A stretch of 63,998 bases of DNA, filler included, from Sphacelaria rigidula (Eukaryota): the NCBI GenBank assembly GCA_964200075.2. It is 3 parts of 3 records of this genome, joined end to end, with 100 filler letters (N's around TTAATTAATTAA, not from the genome) between each part and the next. Parts side by side here need not be neighbours in the genome. Positions count along the whole stretch, not along the records: positions 21,455 to 42,801 come from CAXNAA020000432.1; 2 more parts are not named here. One strand, 5' to 3'. A program made the translations under genes and the position numbers. Under the pieces are notes generated by a model. The model was not told where the DNA came from. It worked only from the letters and a program-made list of their open reading frames with translations, and did no database searches. Below, piece after piece: positions 24,901 to 39,900 of the stretch (position 1 is the stretch's first letter; each line of letters starts with the position of its first letter).

Positions 24901-27900
24901 ATTTACAACAATCAATCAATCGATCAATGAGTGATGCCGAATGGTTCGAGTGGTCCCTCGGGGATCAATCAATGCGCGACAATCAATCAGTCAACTAATC
25001 AATCAATGACTGGTGCCTAATGACTGATGCCGCTTTAGCCCCCCCGAGAACAGTCCCAAACTTGTAACGAAGACAATGGTCATACAGCGCATGGTAGCTG
25101 ATCTTAGACTGCAACAAGCCCCCCATATAAGCGTCATCAGCGAAATTGATACCAATCGTCGGAGCTCTCAACAACTCGGTGTGCTCGGCTTTCGTAATGA
25201 TGTTTTACACATTGGTTTTGCCTCTTCAAGCCAGCTACGTTTCTGCGAGCGGCTATCGCGGCAAAATTGCTGTCAGTTGAGCATTCATCGTGTTTCTGAT
25301 ATTTCTGTTCTACAATAGTCTCATCTAGCTTGGGTATCTTCTAAACTATGCCGTAAAAGCACTTCCCGTACACTCGTAACCTGTTGTTGCTGCCGTATCA
25401 GGTGGTGAGATGTACGTAACGTCACCGGGTGGGTACCGCTACCCGCGGCCCCTGTCTTGGGACGTATCCGCCGCTGAACTGGAGTTCGCCTTGGAATGGA
25501 CTTTCGATATCGGGGAAGTGTCGGCATACTACAGCGAAGACGTTAACAACAGTCGCTCCTACAGAGTCACCTTCGATGTGAGAATGCTTGGTAATGGCTC
25601 ACGGGTGTGTGTCGTTGATCTCTCGGGTTCACCAGTGACTTTACGATGGTTAGCGATCTACAACACTTCACCGGTGAACAAACACCAAATCATGCTTGAG
25701 CCTATCGATGCAACGGACAAAGCGCCACATGAGATCATCATCATGGATTAACTCACCCCTGGGTTCTCGCTCGGACTTCTCGGTGCGATTGGCGTTGGTT
25801 CACTCATGACCTTAATCAATCGTGACATTCGGTATGCGTGCTACGCCCCATGCATCACGCTGTTGGAGTTGGACATCCGCAAGACCTACCTTGTTGCTTC
25901 AAGCCAGTACTACTCAATGATGGTCTCAGTTCATTTTCACCTCCATGAGATAGTGCTCTCTCTTCAGCCTCAGCCTGTATGGCATGTCAAAAAATAAAAT
26001 GCCACTTTTGACGACATGGGCTAAGTAGAAAGCTGGTATGAGAGGTATACGAGCACAGCGATGACCCGTCTGCTACTCTTCCACCGATATTTGATATTCT
26101 GTTATTCGCGTGCAGTCGGAAATGGGTGACATCAGCGCCATGTCGGTGGATGCCTCAGGGTTGACATCGTCAAACGGTAGCGTAAACGTTGTTGTGTGTG
26201 CCGACGGTTCTACCACATCGGCGACGGGCAGCGGCGGAGCCGTGATGTGCCTAGGCTCTACTGAGTCTCAGGTGGGCTTATCTCTCAATGACCACGAGCT
26301 CAAACCTCCACCGTCCCTTTAGTACCTAGCCACCGCAGACGTGTAATTGGTGAACCGCCCCCGCTCCTAGGATTTAGGAAGCTCCTTGCCACCGCATACG
26401 TTCCTTAGCACGAATCACGGTCGTGGTGCTGGGACGACGGAGACATTTTCACGCTGAAGTCATCGCCTTCCGGTCAACCCATCAACAGCTTCACGCTGGG
26501 GAGAACACACCGTGGAATTGATTACCATACCCTCTCATCCCTTTTCGCTGGTAACGAGGCACGCAGAGCAGAATCTAACGAATTGCCAATATCCACATGT
26601 TGCAGAGGCCGGTCATTTCTAGTTTTTCTAGTTTTGTCTTAGTTCAATCTGTCTCTTTTTTTTTGCCAGTCTGGTATGTTTGTCCGTTCTACCTTTCTGC
26701 CTTGTCCACTCTCCTTTGGAGAGTGTTCCCGTTTGTATTACCACGGGTACGTTCATCATGTGACCGCGGCTGAACCCTTGGGGGATCTGTGTATGTGCAA
26801 CAATCAGTCAATTGCTACGTGATGCTCAGCTGAATACTCATATCAATTGTGACGTGGATAGACAATATCCACAGGTTAAATGTCAATGACGGTTTTGAGA
26901 CATCAGCCAAGTGGTGCTGGTTCTTTACCTTCACGTTTCCAGCCCATCTAGTCGGTTCTTGGCCTCGATCGCCCCCTTTCCGTAAATCTATTACGTTTTT
27001 ACACCAGACCGGAAACGCAACAGCAGAGTTTTCTACTGATGTGGACATGAATGTGGTCGCTGGTCAAGTGCCCTTCGAGTTTACAGTGGAGGATCTTGAA
27101 CAGGACTCCTCTGAGCCTGCGGGCTTCAACATGAGGGTATCTGCGATGAACAGTGCCGGCTACGGTCGTCCTTCCGTCACATTCAACATCAAGGTAGAGT
27201 ATTAAGCGATCGAGTGCGCAACACTGACTAACGCATCTCAGTGGTTAGTTTAAGCTCATTGACTCAATGCTCCGATCACAACAGTGATGACGAAATGACC
27301 CAGTAGTAGACCGGTATTGCAGTACCTTTGGCCCATGTTTATTGGGTAGAAGTGCGAAGTCCGACGTTCCACCGCGACACCTTGATACTGTAGTACGGCT
27401 ACAGCTCTTCTCTACAGTAGAATGAAAAATGAGTCTGCAGTATGGGTCCACGGGCTGGATTGTTGCAATCAGCTAATGTGAGATAATCAATCAATCAATT
27501 AATCAATCAACCAATGACTTCAAGTATTGCAGCCCTAGGGCAAGTAGATACCCATCAAGCTTTCATCCTTCAACTCATGTTGCTTTATCTCGATACCTCA
27601 GCCATCGGATGTGCCACTGCCCCCAGCATCCGCTGAGTTATTCCTGATAGCTGACGACCCTACCGGATTGAGGGTGTACTGGACCGACGTGACGAAGGAC
27701 AGAGGATCAGAGGTGAGCCCATCACATTTAGCTCGTGAGATTGCTCCCTTTGATGTTTTCGTGTCTTTAGGTATCATTTGCATGTTTCGTAGAGAGACTC
27801 CATGCTACTTTCCTCTGTAGTATTGACGAGTCCGAATCAGATGAGAAGTGGTATTCGAAATCTGATCATGTTATGACCACTGAGCACTTTCTTAAACCCT

Positions 27901-30900
27901 CAGTCCGTGTTGACTTTAGTTGTCTTCGATTGTTTTTGACGATTTGATATTCTTCAAAGCATGAAGGCCCATACGTCCGCCATCGGCCAACGCTTTTAGC
28001 AGTGTAACACGGTGGTAATCCGAACGCCACAGGTGCCACACAAATCGCGAGTTCTTGGTCAATATCTCGCCTGGTCGTGTTCCGTTGTCGCAACGCTCTG
28101 AATTCGTTTCCAGGTGATTTCTTTCGTCGTGGAATATTCTACCATGGAAAACTTCACCGAAAGCACAACAAGCCGAGTTGATGGAAAGTCCACCCTCTTC
28201 CTGAGTGATAGACGAATGGACAACAACACCGTCGGGAGTGTGTACGAAACCGACGTCACTGGCCTGCAGGCAAGTGACACCGACGCGAAAACAATACGGG
28301 GACATTAGAGTATAGCCACATGTATAATACAAGTACGTTTTGTTGTTCGAAGATGTAGAGCACAAACGAAAATTTCATAGTGAGTGCAGCCTTTTTGAGC
28401 TTCTCACACGTGTTTCACTTTTTTCATATGTAGTAATAGTATCGAGAGTACGCATGCTACGGAAACCGACGCAGTGGAGACACAAGTTTCTTCAAATGTG
28501 TTTGCCCATTTGTGTAAACTTAGAACAACATGCTCGACAGCACGCTTCAGTGCCTCGTTGTCGAGATTGAGCTCATCCTTAGCTTGTTCAACCTGCCCCC
28601 CCCCCCGCATTTAGCTCCCATGATACCATGGTATTACCTCCACGCTCCACTGCATGCTCTAGTCGGTTTTGGGCTGTAGCATGTGCCCATATGTGGCGTA
28701 GCTACTGTAGAAGATTCCCATGATGATTATATGGTGTGTTCACTACATGAGTAGGGTATTTGTCGCTATAAACGTGCGTTATTCACTGTTTTACCCGTCA
28801 ATTCGATATGCCCACATGATAATATTCCCTTCGCGTGGCGCAGTCTGGGATGCCGTACTTCTTCCGAGTGTCGGCAGTCAACGCGCAGGGAACAGGAGAA
28901 TCTCTCGAAACGACGCCTGCTTACCTTGCACCGATGACAGCTACTGATGTGAGTTTCGCATACACGTATACACGTTATTGTTACAGTTGATATAAGTTAT
29001 CGTTCTGGACAAAATTCGCCGCGGGTGTGCGGGTATGATGGATTCGGATATTAGGGGAAATTAACGGGTACGCGGACGTTTGGCGGAAGCGTCCATGCTT
29101 TCGATTGCATATTGCTTTCAAATGCACGTGCGCACACGCGTGTTTCCTGGCTCCAGTGTTCATTTCAATTTTTAGTTTTCCAAACGGAGTCGAAGTCCAC
29201 AGGTTTTCCAAACGCAGTAGGGGAAGTGGATAGTAGGTTCCTGACGTCCCCGGGATATCGTGTCTACAGGGTTTCTGCCGCTGCTGGACATCGTTGGTTC
29301 CGCTCCAATTTCATATTGCTGAAACACGGTCCTCATCAAAACACACTGCCGGAGAGGCTGCACATCTCAAGTATTACCAGTAATGACGCGACAGCATCCT
29401 CCTCGGGTGCGTGAATTCTAGGAACTCACAAGTTACTTATATGCCCCGCCCTCCGCGCCTCATACACCATATTTTGCATGACCCAGGCGCTTGAATACGG
29501 AACGGGTGTCACCCTGTCTATTGTGCCCGCTGGCGGAGCCGTATCGGTTATGGACTCGTCCACCTCTCTGCACGTATCTTTTGCAGCTCCTGCGAATGAA
29601 AATGGCAGCCCTGTTGAGTCGTGAGTGCTGAGCAGTTTTCGGCTGGGCTTGTCGTTGCTGTCAGTGTGCGGTCCCGTCCCATAGGGTGTGTAGGACGCTG
29701 GAATTGATTTAGGGCTATCGCTTGCAGTGGTGAGTGGTTCCTTCGCGCCGATACGTAGTGAAGGAAAACTGAGATTTGAATGGAGCAGGTAAGCTTGACT
29801 TTGTTGATAGTGCGTATATTTTCTGGATTTCAGCATACGTCGTCCGCGGGCACCGTCTCATAAGCAATAGTCATGTGTTCGGCGGGCGTAATTCGACCTT
29901 CTAGTGTTATGCCGTCGAATCGACGTATGGTAGGATTGAAATGGCCGGGTAATCCACAGGTGTGTCTCACTTGTCCGACGGGGTATGTGGCTTACATTTC
30001 ATGAACTCACTTGATTTGCCCGTTTGCATCTCACACGTGTACGTTGAGCATTGCAAAGTTGAAATATCACCAAAATAGCTGTCTGTGGTTTGTGCTCTCA
30101 ACCTTACGGACACCGTTCAAGGACATAATTATCCCGACAGATGTCCAGCGACAGATTGTTCCTCGTCCAAAACGCCGATACGCCAAATTTCGTGTACGTG
30201 TAAGGTATCTGGTGGAGTGGTGGATGGCCTCCGAAGTTTTGCGCAGCGAAGTCCAAGTAATCCGTACACAATCCACCGCGACAAACGCTTCGACGGACAC
30301 GATTTCGGGCAATTTCCGTCTCTCCTGGGGAGAAGACGGAGAGGAAACAGACTATTTACCGGCTGACGTAGGCGAAGTGGAATTGGAGGCTGCCTTGGAG
30401 GGATTACAGGATATACGTGATGTCCAGGTGAAAAGGGAAGGAGCCCATCACGGATGTATCAAACGAATAACGAACAAATCCATACGTCATGGAGTGCGAA
30501 CTACCGTAAACAGGTCCCAGTTGACCTATTTGTTACGGTTCATCCGTGTCAGTATGTAAGTCGTATATCCAAGTAAACATCGCCGTAAATGGAATCGAGT
30601 CGAGCTATAGTACTCCGCTCTGGTACTATCTTCGAACAACGTAACACTGTGTCATCCGCTTCGATGAGTTTCTGAAAATGCGGCTCGGGTGCACATTTGA
30701 TGCGGGCGTATTCTATTTTTCTCCGGACATCTCTAAGATTAGAATTTGGCGTAGGTGGATACAAGATCGGAAATCGTGAAACTTGAACCACGAAGAGCAC
30801 CATCCTGACTATGGAATCGTAATGGAGTTGGACTTATTCTCGCACAGGTCACTCGTGCGGCAAATTCTGCTTCTGGGCACGAGTGGTCCGTGACCTTCTT

Positions 30901-33900
30901 GACGGACGTGGAGCCGTCTGCGACGTCCTCCAGGATGGTAGCATCATACAATGGTTTAGTCGGCAGTTTTGGCGGCGGCATCACGCTCGAGGTGAATCTA
31001 CAAGAAGCATATATACTACCATTATAATTAGTTTCCACGCATAGTTCGTTCCTGAAAACATCCGTGATAACATTTATCATCGCACATGTATGGCGTAGCC
31101 GAGTTTGAGGAAACGCGAAGCCCTGGCTGTAGGCGTCCGAAGCAATATTGGTAATCTAATATAACCACTGGTAATCTAACATAATCACTGGTAATCAAAT
31201 ATAATCACTGCGGTATTCCTATAGTTTCACAGCGAGAAGCAGGCCAACATGCAAGTGTCGATCTTTTTTACTTTACTTTGACACTGAGGATATGTCTGCC
31301 TGCTTCAGAAAGACCTATCCGTATCGGTTGTTTTGTTTCCTTGCAGCTGTGATCCGATTACATCTAGTGGCCGTGCAATCCGACTCCTATATCGTGCCAT
31401 GGCGCAGGTGGGATACGATCTCACAGCTGGTCTTCCCGGGCACGCTGGTGTGGTAACTGTTGAAGCAGTTGGAGGCGACTACAACGTGTCTGTCGTCTCT
31501 GGCCAAAGTTCTTCATTGCAAGCGGGTCTGTTCATCGATCTCGACGGAGAAGCGTATGAGATAGACTCAGTTGACTCTCTGAACGAAACCATCACCCTCG
31601 TCGAGGTAAGTCGTATACACAAACGTTGCGCGCTCTTTCAGCGATAAAATCGATACCTTTGTTACGTGCGTTATCGGCTGGAGTATGTTCCGTGTGCAAC
31701 TGCTAGTACGGCCGAAGATTTTCACCAAATACATGGTAGTGTTGCCGTAGTTCTCCTAGTTCCTTGCACTCAATTAGTGGCATGCTATATCCTATTTGTT
31801 CCACGTAAACCGATGGCCGTGCTACTGTGTCTCGCTTGTGTTTTGCCGGCTGGTCACGACCCGGCACCAGCGTGCCCGCAGCCGCGACCATTCTAAAGAT
31901 ATGCCCTCCATTCCGCAAACGACCAATCCTGAACCCTCATAGGCGTTTGCCGGCAGAAGTCTCAATTACACCGCGAATTTCGGTAGCTCCGTCCCAGGCC
32001 AGGCGCCATCGAGTCTTCTCTCAGCAACAGTATCTGCACCCATATCATCCTCATCTGTGGATCCAAGTGGTGCAACCAACACCTCGTCGCTCTGGTACAC
32101 GATAACTGGACTCGAAACGGCCGAGCCCTATTTCGTCAGAGTATCTGCGAGAAACGCGAGGGGATTGAGTCTTGCTAGAGGTTCAAACCCTGCATATCTG
32201 GCACCTCCTAGACAGGTTCCGGCTAGTCCAGGAGGAGTGCATTTGTTCCCGGCCACATCTACGTCTCTCAGGTGATTCGAAAATGCCTATCTTCGAGAAC
32301 TATATATTTGATTACAGCGTTTTGGTTTTCTCCTATCGGCGATATCTAGAATGGATGTTGCAGGTGACGCAGTGTATCCACCCCCAACTGATCAGGCTTT
32401 TAACCATGACACAAGGATCTGCACTGTCCACAGATCCTGTTCGCCCTGTTCATAGAAACATCCCAACAAGCTCTTCCGAGCGACGCACAGCACGGTTACG
32501 TACCTTGGCCGCCCCGGTTTGCAAGAAACTCGACGTCGCACCAATTCCATCCGAGGGAATAGTATCCTGTTACCTACTCATAAAATCGTCAGTATTCAAA
32601 AGGCTCAAATGAGGACAAGACGACCCGTAGCAGAAACCATTCACGGCTGATGATGCTAAATGTAAGTCCACCACTATGCCCATTGGCTGTGTCTTGTGTC
32701 TCTAGCCGCGTCACCGATATGTACCTCCCTTCTGTTGGTTGAAAAGGGTTCTCTGGAACTCACCACCGGCGGACGGAGGTTCTTCTGTGACCAAGTACAA
32801 GATCGAGTGGGACTCAGATTCCAGCTTTGAGTCGGGCAGCGACGGCGGTTCCCTAGGATCACACCAGAAAGTTGTAACGAATTCGACGCAGTGCGCCACA
32901 TCTCCATGCGAGTACACGGTGCCGAATTTAGCCAAAGGGCAGCCATACTTCGTCCGAGTGTTCGCGTACAACCAGGTTCGGGGGTTCGTCATGATGGAAT
33001 GTATAAAGCGATATGAGTTTCAGTTATTCTCTGTCGAAGGATAATTGCTCCAAGCCGCAACAAGCCGAAACGTGCTCGGCGCTGTATCTGATTTGACACC
33101 CTTGCTGAGGAGGTACTCCCCATTCGATATTGAGCAACTCTTGTACATTGAACTCCTCTTCTACACTGAACTACTGCACGGAATATGCTTCTGGTGCAAA
33201 TCGAACCTACGCAGGAGGGATTCTCCGAATCGGGTGCTTTGTCGAGCCCTCCAAATGAAGCGCCCTGCACACAGGCATCACCACCGCCGAGTGTCGAGGT
33301 TTTTCCAGCATCTGCCACTTCTATCCTAGTGGGATTCGCTCCGTCCAACGACGACGGGGGCAAGCCCGTGACTTCGTAAGTTTTCGTGCAAATGAAGTTA
33401 CTGGTTTCACTGCTTGAGCCATATACCGTATCGGCGCCTCCGTTCTGTAGTGTAGAGTAACACATGTTTTTTTTTGCCGACGGCTTTACCGAAGCTCTTT
33501 CCTGCATACAATGTGCTTCCAAATACATCGTCGTCACCTGTGTCCTGTTTGTTAGCATTGCTGGATGAACTATTCTGATTATCGCTAAGTCACAAGATCG
33601 ACCGTTACATTCCTCACGAAATTGGTGCTCTGTTGACAGACGTAAAAGCCGGATGGCCAAAGATTGGAGCCAACTAGAAATTCTGACGCTATCTGACACT
33701 ACCGTTGTATCTGCTGTATTTCCACTTTGGGAAACAGATACAAGGTGGAGTGGGACGCCATTGGACTGGAGGGATACTACGCCGGTGGTAGCCCTGCCGA
33801 CTCCCTCCTTTATTCGGACGTAGATGTCCAGGCACTCGAGGCATCGGCCTCCCGCAACGACATCGGCGGATATTTCTTGTTGTCTTACAGGTGTAGTAGC

Positions 33901-36900
33901 TGGGCCCATGAAATGCTTCCCAATACGAGGTATAGGCTCTACAGAGAACATCGTGTTTGGCGCCTCTATGTCTTTGCAGCCATACGGAAAAAGTGTGTTG
34001 CCGTATGTAGAATACCGCATATGAAGGGCCGGTTATGAAGAGAGGTTATTCTTTGGGCGCAACAATCATATCACCATCATACGAGTCTGGTTATGACGCA
34101 CCAACCCGTCTATGGTATCCGCCCCATACAAGGCACGCTTCTCGGCTTTACTTTGTCCCTGTAGTGACTTGTGAAGGACCACATCCTGTACACCGTCTGC
34201 TGTCACGACCTTCCAGAGACCGTGTGCTCGAGTATCACTTCTTTCCCATGGGTTCTTCCTGGATCTTGAATTTCTTCAAGGGTTGACGAATTGAAGGATA
34301 AGGAGAGGGTACCTAAACTGGGTAAACATGAAACGCGTAAGCTGATACTGCAGAAACATATTGCAGGTGGCAAACACAGACGCGCATAGGCATATCCTTA
34401 AGGCATGTTCGGCTGATTCCACAGGATAACTCAGGGGGTCTAATATTTCCTTCGTCTCTTCTTACCTCCTCCCTACTTGTTTGGGGAAAAATGACGATTT
34501 TGTACGATTTCTTTCCGTGTTGTACACATCAAGCCACAAGGGTTGACCGCTCGAACCCACTATCCACAAGGTCTGCAACGACTTGTACAACACAGTCAGC
34601 TTGGTACCGCAACGTACCGCATCCCAGCGAAATGTTAAGCCGCCAGAAAAATTGCACTACCAGACCGTATCGAAGCGCTATCGCCATCGCTTGTACCCCG
34701 GAGCACGTGTTTTGTAACTTTTGTGGGAAATCATCAGGTAGACTGCAATACGACCGATACCGACATAGTTACATGCGTGCGGCGTCCCCACTCCCGGCTG
34801 GTTTTAGTCAAAAATGAGTACTCAAGGCCGTGAGTTTCACAAGCTGATGTCACGAGCCCCTCGAATTGACAAATTTAGCTGAATAAAGTGGGCAAGTATT
34901 ATGTTGAACCTAAAACGGCCAAGCAGACTTACGCGTTGAGTCACGTGGTGCGAAGGCCGATCACCGTAGTCCTGCCATTGGCCTCAGGACGTTTGCGTAC
35001 ACGGTTGATCTTCTCGAATCTCCCACCAAGTATTCGATGCATCATATCAATGTCAAAGGATGAAAATTCTCCGGTGTTGAGTAATGGAGGGGACGATCCG
35101 GTCTTCAATATCGGCTAACCGGGCACCATCGCTCGATTAGCACTGGCTTGCTCCATCGAAATCATTAGCTGGGAACAATTCGGTACCACAACGTCGGTCC
35201 TTTTTTCCGATACGATATATTTTATCGTGTCGATTCTCTACACGGGCAGATGGGCATTCATCGTCATCCGTTATAAAACCCGATACATGAAGTAGCGCAC
35301 GTCACGACGGCACTGTGATTGAATTATGACAAAAGGTCGTACCATGTGTGTGGCCGTTTGTGGCAGGGGACTGTTATCTGATCCCGTGCCCGTAGATGCC
35401 TCACCAGAGGAGTTCGAGAACAAATTGAAGGCGTTGGCTACCGTGCCTGGGGGAGTTTCGGTCTCCAGGGAGGTAAGTGGTGCAGTATGCTCACGTGAAG
35501 AATGTTAGGATTTCATCACATTTACAGATTGAGCGAGCTTTGGTTTGAGTGGTGGTCGAAGTACAGACTAATGTAAGGGGGCATGATTTGATCGGTGGTT
35601 GCTTGTCGGTTGGTTGATCACGGGTTACGGGCAAGAAATCTCGTTCTCTACAGGCATCTTTCCGATGTTCTTACTCCTGGTAATGGCGATGACAATTCCG
35701 TTTTTAGGGTGGTTGGTTTTTTGCGAACGGTAAGATGCCTCATGCTTTGTGTACCGCAGTGGGTCTGCAATAATCCCGGTGGCGTGATAAACACTGCGCT
35801 TCTAATCCATGCATCTAGAGCTAAAACACATCACCTCGTCCATACCGAAGAATGGTGTGGAGCAATACACAAGGCTTGCATTTCTCATCATTCCCGCTCC
35901 GGTCCTGTACATGCGTATACGGAGGTGAGCGGTCAGATTACATGGGATGCCCTCGGTGACGGCTCATAGCAAGAGATGATACTGCACTGATCATATCCAA
36001 GCTGATTGAGGAAGAAAACGTTTGTCTCGCACTAGGCTGTTGAAGCCACGAAGGCTCACACCCCGATGCTTGCACATTACGCTACCCCGTGGGGAACCTG
36101 AAACCAGTGCAGCCAACAGTTGTTCGCTCTGGCCACCTCGATGTTTTGCCCCGACCCTGTCAACGTGCGTCACCCTGAACGTTTTTGTCTCCCTCCCTTC
36201 ATATCCACCAGAATCTCCCCGGAGATCTTGGCAAATATGGGCGGCGTTGGATCATCTCTATCCCGGCAGAAAACTGCTTTGAGGGGCGGGTAGGCCTGTG
36301 TCCTCGAGTTTTAGCCTCCGCAAACGCCACCCAATATGCGCACGAATTTGTGTCGGCGAACGAAACATCGGATAGCTTGAGCGACGATTTAAGGTCCACG
36401 GGCGATGAAGTGAGCGGTACTGGTGCGGCGCTAACGTCGTCTAGATGGATCGAAGGATGGAGGGGCTTTGAGCAACAGGTTAGATTGAGCAATTGCAGTG
36501 CTTACACTCTCGAACGCGCCGATTGGTCAATTTGTGGTTACTAACGATGTTTGAACGGGATTTTTCTCTTCAGTATCATAGGTGCCGATCTGAGTCACAG
36601 GTACATAGCATACCATCCCCTAAAGAACGCCCCCCTGTGGTGTGGTTTCGTCTATATTTGGCATCATGCCGTATCTGCAGTACTGTATTGAGGTACATGT
36701 TATATCACCCTTACCACCTTCATTTCGCTCTGGGATGATCAAGGTCGAGTTCCAAAGTTTTGTCACACGGGCTGTGGTGGTACACGGCGATGCCTACAGT
36801 AAGCAAGCTGATTAATCTCTTCATAGATATCCCAGATGAGCAGGCAGGTCACTCTGGTCGAATAAAATTTGCGATTCCGGATATTTGTAGTCATTTTTCA

Positions 36901-39900
36901 ATCAAGTGTCTGCTTTGGGCGTGACTGGCTGCATGGCGTCGTGTTGGAGAAGTGGAGGACAAACGGCAGTCTCAAGGACGATGATAACTTTGAATGCATG
37001 CGCCTTGAAAAGAATGGAGGAACCCGTGAAGAATGAAAAACATCGGGCAACAAATTGCTGTCGTTCTCCTGACAATCGATGTGATAATTATGTCTGCTGA
37101 ATGTTTTTACTTCGAAACGCAGCTGCATAAGCAGTAAGCGGTTCACGTTATGTGCACCACGTCCCAATCACGTTTGTTGCGGAATTGATTGAATCGACGA
37201 AACCTCGTGCGGTGTACAACTCACCTTCATTTCCCTTCTGATGGAAGGTGGGCCCATGCAAATTTTGTTTTCAATTCAAAATGGCGCTCCTCGATATTTA
37301 CTCTGAAATGTTTCGAATGCGCTTTTTTTCAACATCACAGTAACTGGCAAATCCCCATGCACTCCTGTTTCTCTTTGCCCGTGTAGACGGTCTCGCTCGG
37401 CGTTACAAATGGATCTTTATCTGGTACGTTCCGTCTACGGTACGGAGATCAAGCTACACCGCCCCTGGAAGCTAATGCCTCCGCCGAGGCTGTTCAGGTG
37501 TGCCATAAAAATACCGTTCCTGCAAGGAGAGATCACTGTTGTCAAAACTGTCCTTGAGGGGCTGCTACGGTGTAGTAGTGCATATATGTTGGAGGTGATG
37601 ACTCTCGATCTCAGAATTCTTTGTGCATATACGTCCAAAGTCTCCGGTACACTGTAACAGCGTCTGCTCCGTGGTACTCGCTGTGTATGCTTTCATCCCA
37701 TCGCGGGCATTTAGCATCCTGGCACTTCATGACGCACCTACTGTGTGTGCATGTCAATAAGCAGCCATCCCCAGCGTTCGGTTGGCTTCTTGTAGAATCG
37801 GGAGTGTCACGTTTCCTGCTGCAAGCGTTGCCCGTACGGTTTCATAGGAGTTATGAACCGCCTAAGTGGTATTCCTGGTGTGGCATGCACACAATAACTC
37901 CTCTTTTGGTACCAGGTGGCACTACGAGGTCTAGGGTCAGGTATGCTGGGAGGTGTGGCAGTGAAACGGAAAACGGTTACGTCAGAAGCAGTTGCCGAAG
38001 CCGACAGTTTCCAATGGACACTTGTGCTCCTCTCAAAGGTGCGCTCCAGATTTTGAAGAGCCATACCCAGCATGTCATTCTGATGTCTGTGAAGTTGTCT
38101 GGTATAGACAGATGTTCATGGATGAAGGAAGAGCCTGTGGTCTGGGCGTACAGTCCTCAATCCTCAACCATCACGACAACCAAACCGTGTAAAGCAACAA
38201 GTTTATGACAATTATTCATCTGAAGCTGGGAGCATGACTTTCCTGTTCGGAGGCCTCTCACCTTCGCTGTGGTTCGTCACGAATTCTAACACGAAGTAGA
38301 TGTACAACATTGATGTAGAGGGTGGAGAGTGGTCGCCCCAGAGAAGCTCGTTCGAAGATAGGGGGGTATCGAAGGAGCAGTTTCATGCACGTTCTCGCCT
38401 GGATGTGATACTTGAGCATTCTAGTTTAGCGTGGAGCCTGACCCTCCAGAAAATGTCGTCCAACGTCGAGGTACACGAACGCAAGTATTATACGGAGCAG
38501 AAGTGCTGCATGAAGAAGAGGAAACAAATCTAAATGCAATCCGAACCATACCACTGGTACTGTGCTGAGCCTAGATGTCTTGACGACTCCGAGGCTGATT
38601 ACGTGTCGTTTGTACTCCCGTCTCTTGCTTCAGTTGAGCGCGACAGACGCTCTATCTATTGACGCGTCACAAGTGACTAGGAGCGACTTCGACGCATCGC
38701 TAGTCGCCAATGTGACCCGCCTTGTCACCGGATGGACTCCTCTCCTTGATTCTAGTCTGAAGGGCTCTGAAGTGGTTGATGCCTCTTCTAACTCGTCATA
38801 TCAGCAGCATGAGGTGAGGAGAATCGGGGTTGGTAGAGTGTATGGTCGAAATCACGCATGAAATCACGCAACAAACGTCTGATAGGGTCAGGATTGCCTG
38901 GTGATCTGCAAGTAACGTCCACCAGGTTCTACAAAGTAGGTGTGACCAATCCAATCCAGGGTATCTGAATCCAAGCGCTGGGCTTGTGCGCTGTGCGTAG
39001 AAAAGGTCTCCACACTGAAATATCAATTTCGGAAATGTATTCGGGGACCAGCCTCTCTCCTTTGCGGTAATGAAGCTCCGGATGTTCAATACAATCTTCT
39101 GCTTCGCACACCGAACGTTACTACAACAGCTGTCGGGTCTCATGAAAGGGGCGTCATACCACGTCCGAGTCAGTGCCTACAATGGTGTAGCTCTATCGTA
39201 CGGTAAAGCAAGATCTTCGACACCGCCAGTGGTCCACCCAGGCGATGCGCCAGAGCCGCTTCCTAGGGTGGAGGTGGAAGCTGCTTCACCTACCTCTCTC
39301 AGCATCTCGTGGTCTCCACCTAACGATGTTATGGGTGGAGAAGTAATGAGCTATCAAGTGGTGAGAGAGAGTCGCTGGGCGGTCAAACGGTGGGAGCAGT
39401 GGGATAAAGCTTTCAGGGAGTGTATGAATGTTTTCATGTCTACCCTTGCGTATATCTCTGTTCGCAATTATTAGGAATACTATAGGTACGATTCGCGCCT
39501 TTTCACAAACACCCGTACCTGACAAAATGCTCATCCAGACGCTGAAGGCCTCGGCTCCGCGACACTCGTTTGTTGTTGCGATCTGCACCGCATTCCTGCC
39601 TCGGAACTCAGGAATGGGACAGTGGCCGAAGTGTCACCGAGCAACAACTCATCCGGATATCTAACGCAGTATCGGGGACTTTCCGGTTGTCAATGGACGG
39701 AGTGGTTACTGCTTCTATACCGCACAACGCCGTTGCTACAAGGATTGCGTCAGCTCTGACGGCGCTACCAAATGTCGCTGGGCCAGTGGAGGTTGTGAAA
39801 GAGCAAGAGGCGTCGGCGGCGACCACCGGTGGAGCATCTACCATTAGCGCTTGGCGTGTGGCATTCGTGTCCAATGTTGGTGACTTGTCCCTCATGACTG

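Noticed and set aside
31149..31210. 3 x ~20-bp intronic tandem repeat
   Set aside because: Ordinary minisatellite.
32989..34020. 343-aa minus-strand ORF
   Set aside because: Antisense shadow of the FN3 exons and introns, with no recognisable domain.
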